The position numbers and the translations under genes were made by a program. Below are positions 20,401-39,739 of a stretch of DNA of 64,000 nt, one piece after another. This DNA is from the human T2T-CHM13v2.0 reference genome, Homo sapiens. Below the pieces are notes generated by a model. The model made no database searches. It was not told the DNA's origin and was given only the letters and a program-made list of their open reading frames with translations. The DNA lies in NCBI RefSeq assembly GCF_009914755.1, contig NC_060943.1, one strand, 5' to 3'. Every line of letters begins with the position of its first letter. Within the stretch, counting starts at the first letter, position 1.

Positions 20401-20780
20401 AATGGCAGAACACAAAGCAAAAACCATATGATTACACAATTAAGCCAGAATGTGACATTAATTGCAGGCAATTTGCTAAGAGATTGCAAAGATAGAAAGA
20501 AGGTTGTCATAATTAGTCCTCAAGAAGACCACGTGACAGCACTCACTTGTCGTAGATAGTTTATCCTAAACCCACCTGGGAATTGGGGAGGTCAGTTGAT
20601 TATATTCTATGAAAGATAAACTTCCCACATCTTCATGACAGGAGGTAGTTTTGCAACTTGGAGCCAAATTCAGGTACCTGCTGAAGGTAGGGTTTTACTT
20701 CTCTGTAGAAACTGTGGTGCCAGGTGCGGTGGCTCACTACTGTAATCCCAGCACTTTGGGAGGCCGAGGTGGGCAGATCA

Positions 20781-21062
<282 letters not shown>

Positions 21063-21177
21063 TTAAATCAATGGTTCCTGACTCAGAGTACTGGGCCATG
21101 GTGCTTCTGCCCATGAAGCTTAGCCTACAGCCTGCAGCCCACACAGACCCTCACTGCTGCATCTGCGCTCCAGCACC

Positions 21178-24060
<2,883 letters not shown>

Positions 24061-24130
24061 TTTTGAGACAAAGTTTTGCTCCTATTGCCCAGGCTGGAGT
24101 GAAGTGGGCAGATCACCTGAGGTCAGTTCA

Positions 24131-24331
<201 letters not shown>

Positions 24332-24523
24332 TCAAAAAAAAAAAAAAAAAAAGATTTACATATATTTTGAAGAAGCAGAGAAAAAAGGTACATATAAAAG
24401 TTTTCTAGGCCGGGCATGGTGGCTCATGCCTGTAATCCTAGCATTTTGGAAGGCCAAGGCAGGAGGATCTCTTGAGGCCAGGTGTTCGACACCAGTTCCG
24501 GGAACATGGTGAGATGCTGTCTC

Positions 24524-24556
<33 letters not shown>

Positions 24557-26679
24557 AGCTAGGCAAGTTGGTGCATGCCTATAGTCCTAGGTAACTGGGA
24601 GGCTGAGGCAGCAAGACTGCTTAAGCCCAAGAGTTCAAGGTTATAGTGAGCTATGATCATGCCATTGTACTCTAGCCTAAGTGAAAGAGTGAGACTCTGT
24701 CTCAAAAAAATCAATCAATCAATAATAAAAGTTTTCTAAATTCTATCCTTCAGGAAAAGGCAAAAGAACAAAATGTCTTCCCTCATTTTCAAGTGGGGGA
24801 ATGAAGCCCCTTATTTCTAATTTGTATTTCCTTCTGCAAAAGGTAGGTCTAGGCCCATGGTCTTGAACTACTGGACATCTGACAACTGAGGGGTGGCGTT
24901 GGGCACACTGTGTGCACATAAAAAAAGGGTTTGTGGGGGAACTAAAAGGCAAACGAGGGAAAGTTGCTATCTAGAAGCCATGGGTGGGACAGTGCAGGGT
25001 TACGGAAGGACTGGTTCATGCTATAGATTGTGTCCCAGGAGAGGCTATGCTCTGACTTCTTCCTGTGTCCATGCAGGCAGATGAGACTATAATCAGGTGG
25101 CACAGAAGCCTGGGTTGGTGAAAAAACCAGGTTGCCAGTACAGACTACCTTTCAAGCTCTACTGATAATTTACACTTAATTAAAAACTGAAGTTAAAATA
25201 AGCAAAGAAATCTTTCCAAGGTGACAAACTCAGGAAGCGGCAATGCTGATTGGAACACAGACATATCTGACTCAGATGTCAAGTCAAGCCATTCTATCAT
25301 TTGGGACATTTTCCCGCCCCCATCCTGCTCACTGAAGTGGACAATAACCATTCTACCAAGAGCCACTGTGCTGTGCCCCACTGTGTCCCTTAGATGCATT
25401 TTGCTTTGCAGGTTTTTGCACTGCCTCACTGGGTTGGGTGTTCCTTGTCCTTGGGGATATTTTTTTTCTCTCTTCACCAATCTGAGAAAATTTTCTCCTC
25501 AATACTAGCATCCAAATTGCCTGGCCAGCACTGTATCTCTAAGAAATGGAAACTGGGAGTTGGGGAAGAAAATCTTAATGTCCTAATGGATTTGCTTTCA
25601 GAGGAAAGGTATACCTGATTTCTCCCAGGCACAATGCACCAACCACTCCACAGAGAGGCCACATTCCCATACCTGGCAGGGTTGCCCCTGAGAGGAGATG
25701 GCCCAGGGGCTGATATTCACTAGACACCTCAGGAGACACAGCCACTGTGGGCATCTCATGTCATCCCCAGACAGTTCTGAAACTCAAAACCAGGAAAATA
25801 ACACAGGGTGGCTGAGGATGCATTGCCCTGTGAAGTTTCCAAAGTGGAACCTCAACCCAAAAACATTCTGATAAGGTGTCTGTGCCTAGGAAAGATTAAA
25901 GGGAGATTGGCACAAAGGTTTTTGTTTTTTGGTCTTTTTTTTTTTCATGGTGGAGTGTTGGGATTATTCTCTGCTTTCATCTCCTGTAAAATGTTTGCAA
26001 ATGAAAAACAATTCTTTTTCTAAAAAGTGCCATCCGCTGCTCTTTGAAATAATGATCAATCAAAATACTGTGTCTGAAATGTACAAAAAAGGACTAATAG
26101 TTGATAATGTTGTGAATTAGAGAGGGGAAGTTGGTGTTGAAGAATGTCAGGAAAGAACTGAAAATTTAAAATTCAACTGCAAGTCAGAGTTAGGCTGGGG
26201 CAACAGAGTGGTAGCTTTGAGATTCTGTTTGTCACACATTTGGAAAATCCAAGAGAAAACCACTTCTGTGGAGTGTTAAATAAATAGCAGGCAGTTAGAC
26301 TGAGGTGGCTCTAGTACCCTGAGTTCCTACATTAAAAAAAAAAAAAAAAATCAAAGGCAAATACATTTCTTGTAAATTGCTACCTTAGGGGGAAACAAAA
26401 TTCAGATTTTTCAGATTTAAGCAACCACAAACCTTCAATTAACTTCTGATTACATAACCAGGCAATGACAACCTGAATAGTCTAAATAAGATGACTACAT
26501 AACTGGAACGAGTCAGTTACTGAATTCGGTTTGCTTCATCCTGCACTTTATAAAAAACTTTCCTTCAAGCTCTTCGGCTGGACCCCCAACCACAAACCGT
26601 GGCTGGGTGCTCTCTGAGCATGAATCACTGTTAACTTCAATAAGTTTTCAACATTTTAAAGGTGACTCCCATAGTTTTT

Positions 26680-27470
26680 AAACAGGAGAAGGAAAAGACT
26701 GAGGACCCCCGGGATCACAGCACTTCCCACGCACAAACCACACACGGGGTCTGGACTCTGCCCTGAGGACGCTTCCATTGTCCCCGCAGTCGGGGCAGAC
26801 GCAAGAACGCGCGCGGCTCTTCCCAGGGTGGGCTCCGGGCGGGAAGCGGGAGAACGGAACGGGATGCCCGCCCAGGGTCCCGGCTGCTGGCCCACCTCGC
26901 ATCCTGTGCCCGGAGGTGATCGACGGCCGAGCTGTGCCTGCCGGGGACTCCAGTCCGCAGACTCCGGAGCTGACAGCTGGGAGGCCCCGGTCCCGTCACT
27001 GCCGGTTCCGGCCGGTTTCAACCAGCCCTGCCCCCACCCCGGGATGCGCGGCCTGGCACACTCACCATTTTTCGGCTTCCGGGATGTCCTGGAGTCTTAG
27101 CTCTGGATCTCACAGCATCTGCAAGTCAGAGGGCAACAGAGGCTGCGACAGTCACCGGGACCTACTAGAGCAGAGGATACTAAGCAATGAAGATGGACCC
27201 TGAGCTCTGGCTGGAGCGAGACAAAGGCCCCGCCAGCTCCAGGACACCGCCCCCTCTACCTTGGCTGCGCACCTGATTGGACAGTTCCCACTCCAGCGCC
27301 CATGATTGGATACAGTTCCATGCCCCGCCCCCTCAGGTCATGAGTGACAGGAGGCGTGATCTGAGAATGCGTTGAATAAGGCAAGAGTTACAGGTTTTTC
27401 CTGAACCCTTTTCTGGCGCGCTTCCTTCCTGAATTGGAAACTGGCCCTTCCTGGGGAACATTTGCATTTA
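26680..27470 (-). promoter_or_regulatory. CpG-rich promoter / exon 1 region of ZNF682
   Basis: High CpG density 26.7-27.35 kb. GC boxes (CCGCCC ~27247, ~27325), two TGATTGG (CCAAT on the minus strand) at ~27274 and ~27303, octamer ATTTGCAT at 27460-27467, and ETS core CCGGAAG just before the ATG. Confidence 0.85.
27066..27068 (-). CDS. ZNF682: ZNF682 exon 1 coding part (start ATG only; the 5'UTR extends to ~27220)
   Basis: The minus strand reads ...CCCGGAAGCCGAAAAATG|GTGAGTGTG: ATG followed directly by a GT donor (27064-27065). This is the typical first-exon layout of ZNF91-subfamily KRAB genes and lies inside a CpG-rich region. Confidence 0.88.
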
Positions 27471-28284
27471 ACTTTGTATATAAAGTTATCTTTATTTGTG
27501 AATAGTATACATATGTTATTCACAAATGGAAACAATATAATGACAATTATTTTAAAATCTCAGATTTCATCATTTTCCTAGCCTCCAGTCTTTTGAGCAG
27601 GCAGCCTAAGATGTCGCAAGGGAGGCAATTCTCTAAGAAATAAACTGTGAAGCACATATGAATTTTACATTTTCTAGTAGCCACATTTTAAAAAAGAAAC
27701 CAGGCGTCGTAGCCTGTGCCTGTAGTTCTAGCTACTAGGGAGGCTGAGGCGGGAGCATCACTTGAGGCCAGGAGTTTTAAGACCAGCCCGGGCAACATAG
27801 CGATGATCCCATCTCTACAAAAAATAATTAAAAATTTAGCCAAGTCTGGTGGTGCACGCCTGCAGTCCTAGCTACTCAGAAGGCTGAGGCGGGAGGATCA
27901 CTTGACCCTGGGAGACCAAGACTGCAGTGAGCCACGATCACACCATTGCACTACAGCCGGGGTGACAGAGTGAAACCAAGTTTAAAAAAAAAAAAGATCT
28001 CTGAAGAAGGCATTTTCTCTTTCTGCAATTTAGCCAAGCAGCTGAGTATGTCTTGAAGTCATCTTCTAATTTTTAACAGGGCAAGGATGTTTTCTAAAAC
28101 CCCAGTCTCCAGAGTTGCCATGGGGCAAATCCCGGCAGCATACATGAAAATCACTCACAGCTAATGCATTCCTCATCAGATCCAGTGCTTCTTACCCCTG
28201 GCAAATAAAAATCACCTGCGGGGTTGGGAGCGGTGGTTCACGCCTGTAATCTCAGCATTTTGGGAGGCCGAGACGGGCGTATCA

Positions 28285-28590
<306 letters not shown>

Positions 28591-28646
28591 TTAGAATCCT
28601 TGGAGTTGGATCTGGGCAACAATATGGTTTAAAGCTCTCAGGGTGA

Positions 28647-28977
<331 letters not shown>

Positions 28978-29380
28978 TGACCTACCGCACCTGGCCTTCA
29001 TCAACAGTTTTGATGAATTAGTTATAAATGGTTTTTCAAATGCATGTAAAAACGTTTGCTGCTGAGTTGTGACCTTACAATCTTAACTCATTTCCCACTT
29101 ACTATACTTTGCAGAACCAACCTCTGCTACTCGCTTTGTTCCTGATTGAACCTGGTTCCATGTGTGCTCAGTGTATACTATGCACAGGGCACTGTGCTGT
29201 GTGCCCTGGTCCCGGTGAGCATCATTCTCAGGGGAGAACCTTGCTGAAAACAAAATCACATCCCAAAAAGTTAAAATCATGCTACTGGCCGGGCGCGGTG
29301 GCTCACGCCTGTAATCGCAGCACTTTGGGAGGCCGAGGCGGGTGGAGCACGAGGTCAGACGTTCGAGACCAGCCTGGCTA

Positions 29381-29611
<231 letters not shown>

Positions 29612-31074
29612 CTACTTACCGAATTGAGGTGAAAATTAAAAGACCTAGGGGGTCACCCAAAGGTTAGAACATGAATCAATAACTTGGAATATTAATATAC
29701 ATCTGATGGTGCCCTGAGCACACATGTCCATTTTATTTTATTTTATTTTATTTTATCTTACCTTATTTTATTTTTATTTTTTGAGACAGAGTCTTGCTCT
29801 GTTGCCAAGGCTGGAGTACAGTGCCGCGGATCTCGGCTCACTGCAACCTCTGCCTCCCAGGTTCGAGCGATTCTCCTGCCTCAGTCTCCCCAGCAGCTGG
29901 GATTACAGGCATGCACCACCACGCCCAGCTAATTTTTTGTATTTTTAGTAGAGACGAGGTTTCACTACGTTGGGCAGACCTCGGGTGTTCCGCCCGCCTC
30001 GGCCTCCCAAAGTGCTGGGATTGCAGGCGTGAGCCACTGCACCCCGCCACGTGTCTGCCTTTAAAAGAAAACAAAATAAAGCATTACTATTATTCTCAAA
30101 TATTAATTTATAACTATTATGCAAACATGTAATATTTAAATTTTGATTGATGTATAGCATGCATACATAAATATATGCGCAAAACATTTATGGAAAACTT
30201 GATGAATTATTACAGACCAAACTCGTGTAACCAAGAAATAGAATCAGACTTGCTCATGCCCGACAGTCACTTTCTCCTTCTCTTCACAAAAGTAAGAGCT
30301 TAAGAGCTAAGTGTAGCTCAACTTTGTCATTTTGTACAAGTGTTTTATTACAGAGCATTAAAAACATATCCAAAATACAAAGAAGGTGTATAATAGACCT
30401 GTCACCCAGCTTTAACAGCAACTTGACATGTGCCATTTTTGTTTCATTGATATTTCAATCCATTTCCCATCCCTTTATTAATTTTTTAGTTTTTTTTTAG
30501 ATAAAATGTATATTCATTGAAAGGTACGATCTTAACTGTACCTTTTGGACAAATCAACTCACTCATATAAACATCTCCTCTTTTAAGAACAGAATTACTC
30601 CACTTAACAATCATTAATGTACCCATAAGTTACCTCAAAGTATTATTTAAAATCTAGATTTTTATAAAATAGGTCTGAGTTTGGACTGAGAATTCCTATT
30701 TCTAACAAAGTACGGATCCATAGAGCACATGGTAACTACAGAGTCTCTTTTATCTAAAGTAAATACAATTGGATGAATAAAATTAAGAAAAATTGACCTA
30801 AGGTGAAAGGACAAATCAAAACATCTGTGCAATATGCTATCTGTAGGAGCATTTGGTTAAGAAAAATATAAACTCACCAAAAAGTTTTATTATTTTAATA
30901 ATGCAAATTGGCAAAATTCCTACTATTGTTTTCATAGAAATGCTCCCTCACAATAAAACATTTTCATATAGGAACGGTTACAGTGGCTCACGCATGTAAT
31001 CCCAGCAATTTGGGAGGCTGAGGCGGGTGGATCACGAAGTCAGGAGTTCAAGACCAGCCTGGCCAAGATGGTTA

Positions 31075-31310
<236 letters not shown>

Positions 31311-33340
31311 TTAAAAATAGCAAATATTTGAAAGTAAATGTCTTATAACATTAAGTAGCAGATACCTTTTGAAGCCCATTGATGGCCTTTACATAGTTAC
31401 CCAAAATTCAGTTGTTTACACAGCAAGTGCAGATAATTTTTATAGCTTCCTATTAAATTGTTATTAAAATTAAATTTATTAATTTTAATTAAATTAAAAT
31501 TATATATTAAAATTATATGTTAATGCCCTTACAAAGTTTTCTTCTAAAATTCACTAACTTAAATTTTGTATATGACATATAAGTTCCCTTTACATTCAAC
31601 TTAAATTTCCTTAATTTTATTAGGCAGTGCCTGTGTGTTTACCACCCAGTATTATTTGGGGTTCCTCCAACAGACATCACGGTTGGGGAAACAGGCTGTT
31701 CCTGCTTCTTTTTCCTCTTCAGGGCATCAGTTCATCAGTCAACCAAGTCGTGTGGGAGTGGAGGTCATATATTCCCTAGCATAGAGGGTGTCATTTCTGA
31801 GCACTCTGCTCAGAGTAGAAAAAGACCAGAAGGTCCTTTTAGGGAACACTTACTTGGGGAGGGCTAAGCCCCTTAAGGTGTGAGAGCTCTAATCAGCAGG
31901 TATAGACTTTTCAGGAGGGAGGGATGAGGCAGCCATTCTGAACCTGGAGCTCCATCACCTCTTGTCCCATCTCCAGACAATTCTAGAGGGCTGTTCAGGA
32001 ACATGTCTGAAAGGTGCACATGGAGGAACAGTGTGGGCTTTGATCTGGCTTAGATGACGTCTGTCCTGGGGAGGCAGGAGGTCCATGCTCAGTATCTGGG
32101 CTGGTATCTTTGAGGTCAGTAGGTTGCCTTTTTGTATCCAAGTCCATTTTCACTAGGGAAGAGGCCAGACAGTCTAAATGGCTTCCAGAGCCCCTCTCTG
32201 ATTCTCTTTGGGAGATAGGGTCTGAAAGAGGCTAAGTCAGTATTTTGGGGAAATTCTACAAAGTCTGGTTGGAAACTGGGAAGACCTCTTGCCTGGTGCT
32301 TAAATGCTCCATTTGCAGTCCTAGCCATATAGGTGTTTGGTAGACATAGAGCTGGGTTTGCATTTATATCAGCACAACCTTATGTCAGAGCTGAAGAAGT
32401 GGCCAGGATAAGTGTCTTGGTTGCAGGCTGGAGAACATCATAAAAGCAAACTGCTAGTTTGCTGATTTTCATCTTGGCAATGAGCATTGAGTCCTGGCCA
32501 AACTGCTTGAGTGCAGCATGAGGCCAATTCATAAATCCACCTCCACGCATCAGCTGTCCATAAGATAAGAGGAAGCTCAGTTCATGTTTTGACGAGAGGC
32601 TCTGCCATGTGAAAGAATCACATCTCAGGTGTCTTGACAGCTGGCTGACTTGTGAGAAAAGATCCAGGACAGATCTATTTTTGGATGCATCGACAGGCTT
32701 CAGCCTTCCAGAATAATGTGGGAGAAATGGCTTGCAAATAAAATATGGTAGGAACTCCTGATAATGAAGAGTAAAAACATGAACTTAATAAAAATAAGAC
32801 AGAACCTATAAAAACATGCCATAGTAAAAGAAATACAAATGGACTTTTCTAGCATAAATATCAGGAGAAAATAAATTACAAAATAAATGTGTTTTGTTGG
32901 TGTGTGATCAGGGATACTAATCTGCGTCTTTGTTTGGGTTTCATTTTGAGATTGAGGATGGGAAATGGCTTGTAGCCCTCAGGGGGCTTTGAGAAATGTG
33001 GCAATCATCCCCAAGAGCTATGTTCTTCATGTTCATTCTTGACACTGGCTGACGAGCCTCAGCTGAGAGAATGACCCACAAATACAGGTTAGGGATAGAC
33101 TATGGGGCTCTGTGCCTAGAGAGAGGAGAGTCACCTAAACTCCTCTTTACCACAGCCCAATCCAAATGAGGGTAATTCCAAAGAAACTAAACTCAAAGCC
33201 AGAAACAGCACTGCTAGGTTAGGCAAGAATTTGACTCTTCCAAGGTGAGGAGAAACAGAGGATGGATTAACACAGTCTTCCCTGGGAAGGAAACTGGGAG
33301 TTATTTTAGCAACCTAGGGCCTTATAGATCCTGGACTCTG

Positions 33341-33837
33341 TGTAAAAAGTAAAGTAGAGGTTCCTCTTCAAAGACTTTCCTCCCCATCTAATTATGAATA
33401 AATAGTAACTTCTCTTAGAAGCAAAATTTATTCAAAGACCTGTGCTCCTAAATATTTGCCCTGGCATGCTTATACTGGTCCAAGCAAGCATTAGGTCATA
33501 GCCTGTTCCTCTTCCTTATTTAAAAGTGTTTTTACCTTTCTCAGCATTCCACAAGTTACTTCCTACTTCCTTTGTTCTCCTCTACCTTTGTCTCTTTTAA
33601 AAAGTTCTAAGTTGCTAGCCAATCGGGACAAATGCAGAATGTGAGGTCCCATTCCAGCAGTAGGGTGGATACGTCAGGTTATAAATAACCCTGTCTCTTT
33701 TGTTCGATGTACTCTTGTGGCAAAACTGCTGGCGAGTATACCCTTTCTGCAGGAAGTAAAAATGCCCTTACTAAATAAATTAAATTTATGTTCAAGGGCT
33801 ATTTCTTTACGGCACTGAAAAACAAACATTTCAAATA
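33341..33837 (+). mobile_element. Solo LTR10C-like (HERV-I group) LTR
   Basis: Starts TGTAAAAAGTAAAGTAGAGGTTCCTCTTCAAAG; 5-bp TSD CTCTG (33336-33340 and 33838-33842). Confidence 0.85.
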
Positions 33838-34755
33838 CTCTGGAAACAGAAAATGTAGCTCCTGCAGAAAAAATAAAGATCTGCTACTTCTCAGACACTT
33901 TTACACTCATTGTAGTAGTAAATGACAGAACCTGTGGTGGTCCTAGGAAAAAAACTTGAACAATGTACTCAGAATGGCGAACTCTGGGTTTTCTTGAGGG
34001 CCAAGACTACTGACATTTCATGTGTTATATTTCATGTAAGACATTTGATGTCTTTTGGATACCTTATGACAGTTATGCATTTCTTTATAATCAGAAAAAA
34101 AATTAGCATGTAATCATGCATATATGTTTGTATATTGTACAATGTATCAAAATGAATATGTATATTTATATTCTCCCCCTTAAATTCAGAAAAAGCTGAA
34201 GCTCTTTACTCTCTCAGCCTGAGTCCAGGGAGGACGGATATCCACAAATTAGTGGATACAAACTAATTAGCATTCTCTAATAGAGAAGCGTTTCTATTTT
34301 TTGCAGTTTGATAAACTCATGGTGAAATTACCATGCTACTTTTTTTACTTTTTATTATTTAATATAAAATCTAAGACAAGATACATTAAGTACTTAGTGA
34401 CACACGTATTTATTCCTCACCTGATTCATAATATCTGCCTAATTTTAAACTTTCTTCCATTTTATAGGTTCAATTGATCTTATTTTATTGTAGGATATTA
34501 AATCTAATACCAGCATTGTTATTTTATATATTATGTTCTTTAATTTTGTATATTTTCTATTGGCATTTTACACTGAAATAATGCAGTGTTTCATCATATA
34601 AATGACTTTATCTGTATTTAAAAAATAAAAGTCTGGGGCCGGGCGCGGTGGCTCACGCCTGTAATCCCAGCACTTTGGGAGGCCGAGGCGGGCGGATCAC
34701 AAGGTCAGGAGATCAAGACCAACCTGGCTAACACGGTGAAACCCCATCTCTACTA

Positions 34756-35043
<288 letters not shown>

Positions 35044-35070
35044 TTAAACTTTTGATAATGACTCATTTGA

Positions 35071-35292
<222 letters not shown>

Positions 35293-35669
35293 TAATTTTT
35301 GTATTTTTACTAGAGATGGGGTTTCACCATGTTGGCAAGGCTGGTCTTGAACTCCTGATCTCAAGTGATCCACCTGCCTCAGCCTCCCAAAGTACTGGGA
35401 TTAAAGGCATGAGCCATGGCACCTGGCCTGAAGAGCTGATTTCGCTTCTGCTTCATCTTCAACCTGATCTCCCCAGAACTGATAGCTCTTGCTGTAACTG
35501 GGGGATAGCAGTTTATTATTCCAATAAATGTGGCAAATTCAATAACATACTACAAATCAGTTGGAAAGCAGGACATGCCTTCAAGACATACACAACATGC
35601 ACCAACCTATGTACAACAATAATAATTTGTAAATTTCAGTTGGAATGGAAAATAAAATGACAAAAAGAT

Positions 35670-36100
35670 TGTTAAGGTAAATTAAAATGGAGGTCAGGCC
35701 TGAAGAATTCCTGAGCAGACCAAATCAGTTAGGCCTCATAAGTAACCTCAACCTTGCTTGATTTCCAAACATAAGCAAAACTTAACTTGAATTCTTTCTT
35801 GTAGCTGCCTATTTTAAAGAAAAACAGAAATGAATCTCAACCAATCAGAAGTAGCCAACAACCTTATATAGCTAGGAACTTTTCAACAAGGCAAAGAAAC
35901 CAAAAACCGAGAAGAAACAAGTTTCTAACTACCACTAATTGAGTAATTTATTTTGTTTCTACATTTTCCCAATAAATAGTTGCCTCTTACACTGTCAATG
36001 AAACACTAAACCTCTTTTAGACTGGTGTCCTATAATTAATCAATTGCTCCTACTCAAACTCTTTACAATTTTATTGCGTCTCAGATTACTTTTTAGCAGA
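35670..36100 (+). mobile_element. Old ERV1-type LTR (subfamily uncertain)
   Basis: TGTTAA...AAATGGAGG start, internal CCAATC and AATAAA, ends near ...TTTTAGCA. Confidence 0.5.
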
Positions 36101-36460
36101 ATAAAATAAACTATCTAGGAATCCATATTACAAAAACGTTTACAGAATATCAGAAAAGACAGAATGTTCATACAATATATGAATGTAGACATAAGCAAAT
36201 AGAAAACTTACATGTTCTTAGGCAGAAAAACTCAATATACTATCAATATCAATTGTCTTTAAGGTAATTTAGAAATTTAATTTTGTTCTAATATAGATAT
36301 CATTAGATATTGAGGTAGGCATTTTACTATAAAATAGCATATAGGCTGGGTGCAGTGGCTCACACCTGTAATCCAGCACTTTGGAAGGCTGAGGCGGGTG
36401 GATCACCTGAGGTCAGGAGCTCAAAATCAGCCTGGCCAAAATAGTGAAACCCCATCTCTA

Positions 36461-36784
<324 letters not shown>

Positions 36785-36830
36785 TCATTGGAACTAAAAA
36801 TTCAGAAATAGACTAAAGTGCCTAAGAAAC

Positions 36831-37161
36831 TGTCTTAGTCCATCCAGGCTGCTGTAACAAAATAACTTAGGCTGGGTAATGTAAAAACAACAGAAATTTA
36901 TTGCTCACAGTTCTGGGGGCTGGAAAGTGCTAGATCAAGGCACCAAGAAATTTGGTGTTTGGTGACGGCCCAGTTCCTCACAGATGATACCTTCTTGGTG
37001 TGTCCTCACATGGCAAAAGAGACAAGGACACTCCCTTCAACCTCACTTATTCCATTCAGGAAGATGAAGCTCTCTTGGTTTAGTCACTTCCCGAAAGGTC
37101 GCATGCCTAATACTATCCACATATGAATTTGGAGGGGGACACAAATACTTAAACCACAGCA
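36831..37161 (-). mobile_element. MaLR LTR (MLT1A/MST type)
   Basis: TGTCTTAGTCC...GCTGCTGTAACAAAATA...TTGCTCACAGTTCTGG...GGGGACACAAA...CACAGCA. Confidence 0.8.
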
Positions 37162-38229
37162 AAAATTTAATAAGCAGGAAAAACTAGTGGAGGATGGCAT
37201 CACTAATACTTGACGTGTGAAAAACCGATGTTCCTATCACAAAGGAAAGAAATGACTCATTCTTCATGACATAGAACAAAATAAAGGTCCAATGAAAGAT
37301 AAATCTATACAGAAAAATAAATTGGTGTTGATAAGGTGAATTCTACAGGTTGTATCAGGATTTTGGAGGTTTCTGGGGATGGGCAGGGCCCCAGAGTTTC
37401 CTCCTGTGACATTTTCCCTGAAGTTGCTCACGCTCTTACTCAATTTGAAAGTGGATAAAAATGTTTTTTCCTGTTCTAATATTTAAGAAATTCAAAACAA
37501 AAAGGCCTATGTATGCACGATTATCAAACAATCCGTCAGTGGTGCTCTGCTAAGGAAGGGCAAAGAATCCCACATCCACAAAAGTACGATGTTCTGTCAG
37601 ATAAAGATGTCTCCCTGTGCCAGAGCCACATATTTTACACATGATCAGAGGCTTTCCCAGGGAAGCATTGCTCTGCAGCCCTTCCACAGACTTAACCCTG
37701 AGAATTTGACTTAGAAGGTCACTGATGAACACACGCCCAAGCGTTCTGATCTACATGAATCCTCTCTTAATGGTTCCTTCCAGGGATCTGGGATCTTTCC
37801 CAAAGTCATCTGTCACACACAGATTGACTCAAAAATGTGGACAAAAGCTTTGATCCTCACTGGCACACCTGCTCTGTCTTATCAGCTTCTCTAGAAGTAT
37901 GCTGCTCTAATTGCTCCTGAGAGACCCCATCTTAAGGTATCTCTCTGTGCCAACATAATTGATTTCATAAAGTGGGAAGAGAATAGGCAAGAGTCAAGCT
38001 ATGCTGGGGGCTGTCTAAGATTCCCTTACCTATGTCTCTAATTTACGCACATATTGACTAATACAGATTCATCTCTAAGTGGTAGGAAATGGGAAGGAGG
38101 AGCCCCAGTTCTCAGAAAGAGAAGCCCCAGTTCACAGAAGGAGAAAATGTAATCAATGCTGCCTAGCTTCCAGCTTCAGCTTACCTATGGGGGACTGAGT
38201 CTCTTCTGAAAAAAGCAGCTGTTCTCCAT

Positions 38230-38602
38230 AGTATTAGCCTGTTCTCATGCTACTAATAAAAAGACATACCCAAGACTGGGTAATTTATAAAGGAAGGAAG
38301 TTTAATTGACTCACAGTTCTACATGGCTGGAGGTGGGCGGTCGGTTCAAAATCATGGAGGAAGGCAAGGAGAGGCAAAGTCACATCTTACACTGTGGCAG
38401 GCAAGAGAGCATGTGCAGGCCAACTGCCCTCTATAAAACCATCAGATCTCGTGACATATATTCACTACCACAAGAACAGCTTGGGAAAGACACACACCCG
38501 TGATTCGATTACCTCCCTCCAGGTCCCTCTCATATCACACGGGAATTATGGGAGCTAGAATTCAAGATGAGATTTGGGTGGGGACACAGCCAAACCATAT
38601 CA
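38230..38602 (-). mobile_element. THE1 LTR (MaLR)
   Basis: GTATTAG...GACATACCCAAGACTGGGTAATTTATA...GGGACACAGCCAAACCATATCA; TSD TCCAT. Confidence 0.88.
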
Positions 38603-39739
38603 TCCATCATTTGAAGGAACTGTGGTCTCAGGAAGCTAGGCATTGAGTGTGCACGCTGCCCCCTAGAATTCCACACCTACATCACAGAGACAGAATAGTC
38701 TCAAAGGATTCTTAAGGGTAATATGGGCAGCCAAAAGGAGGAGATGAATTCACAGCCTCTGCCTTACCTTCTGGTCTAACAAATACTACTCCTATCCTGG
38801 CCCAAAAGGATTCCCATACTCTTTTCTGGGTTGCACAAGGAGTAATTCAGAAAGACAAAAACTTATTAATGCCCCTTCATTCTCCATAACTTCTGAGGTA
38901 AGTTGTTCATTCCCTGGGTTTTAGGTTGTTGTTCTCTCTCTACCTCCACAGAACCAGTGTGTCCCATTCCATTACCTATAATTTCACCCATATTCTTCTT
39001 ACCTCCTACTTTCTCCTAGACATTTTATCCAGTAGAGCCAGGTGAAATACAGACAAGTATATTTACACAAAACTTAACCAGAACTAAGTTGGAGTCTCAT
39101 AAGCCCTATTGGGCTGCGATGGCACTCAGGCTGGCCTAAGGTTGTGGTTATGGAAAAGAATGCCACATTTTGCCCAGGAATGATCAATGTGGAATCTCAA
39201 ATTTGGGAAATAGATCCTTAGAGCCCCCAACCGTTTCATCCTTCTCTTGGAGGCAATCAGGAAGAGATAATCCCCTTTTGGAGGAAACCATGTCTAATCA
39301 ACAAATTACCTAAACAACATGTGTGGAAAAGGAGGTAAAATCAGACAGTTGACCCATTTTAGTAGATTTGGTAATAAATGCCACAAAGTCAGAGTTCAAG
39401 TGGTCTCAAAAGCCTAAAAGGTGACACAGATTAGTTTCAAGGAACACATGGTGTCACTGAGTGTTCCAACTTCCCAGAGGGTGAGTACCATGGCAACTTT
39501 GAGCAGGCTGGGAAACGATCCCAGACCCTTGAGGGTCTGTGAGAAATCAAACTTTCGGCACTTTGGAAGTCAGGAAACCAGCACGTTGGGGGAGGCGGGA
39601 TCACAGTTCCTTGCTGAGACAAGCTGCCCTGGCTACGTTCACTCCCGTCAGGTAGGAGAGGTTAAAGAACAGGAAGGCTCCCCCTCCGCAGGGCGGAACT
39701 GCTCTGAAGGCATGGAGGAGCGACGCTGAAGGTGGAGCC

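Noticed and set aside
26656-27203. Overlapping GC-rich ORFs on both strands
   Set aside because: Stop-poor CpG island; only the ATG at 27066-27068 fits the gene model.
31450-31525. AT-rich quasi-palindrome
   Set aside because: Short low-complexity sequence, with symmetry expected by chance.
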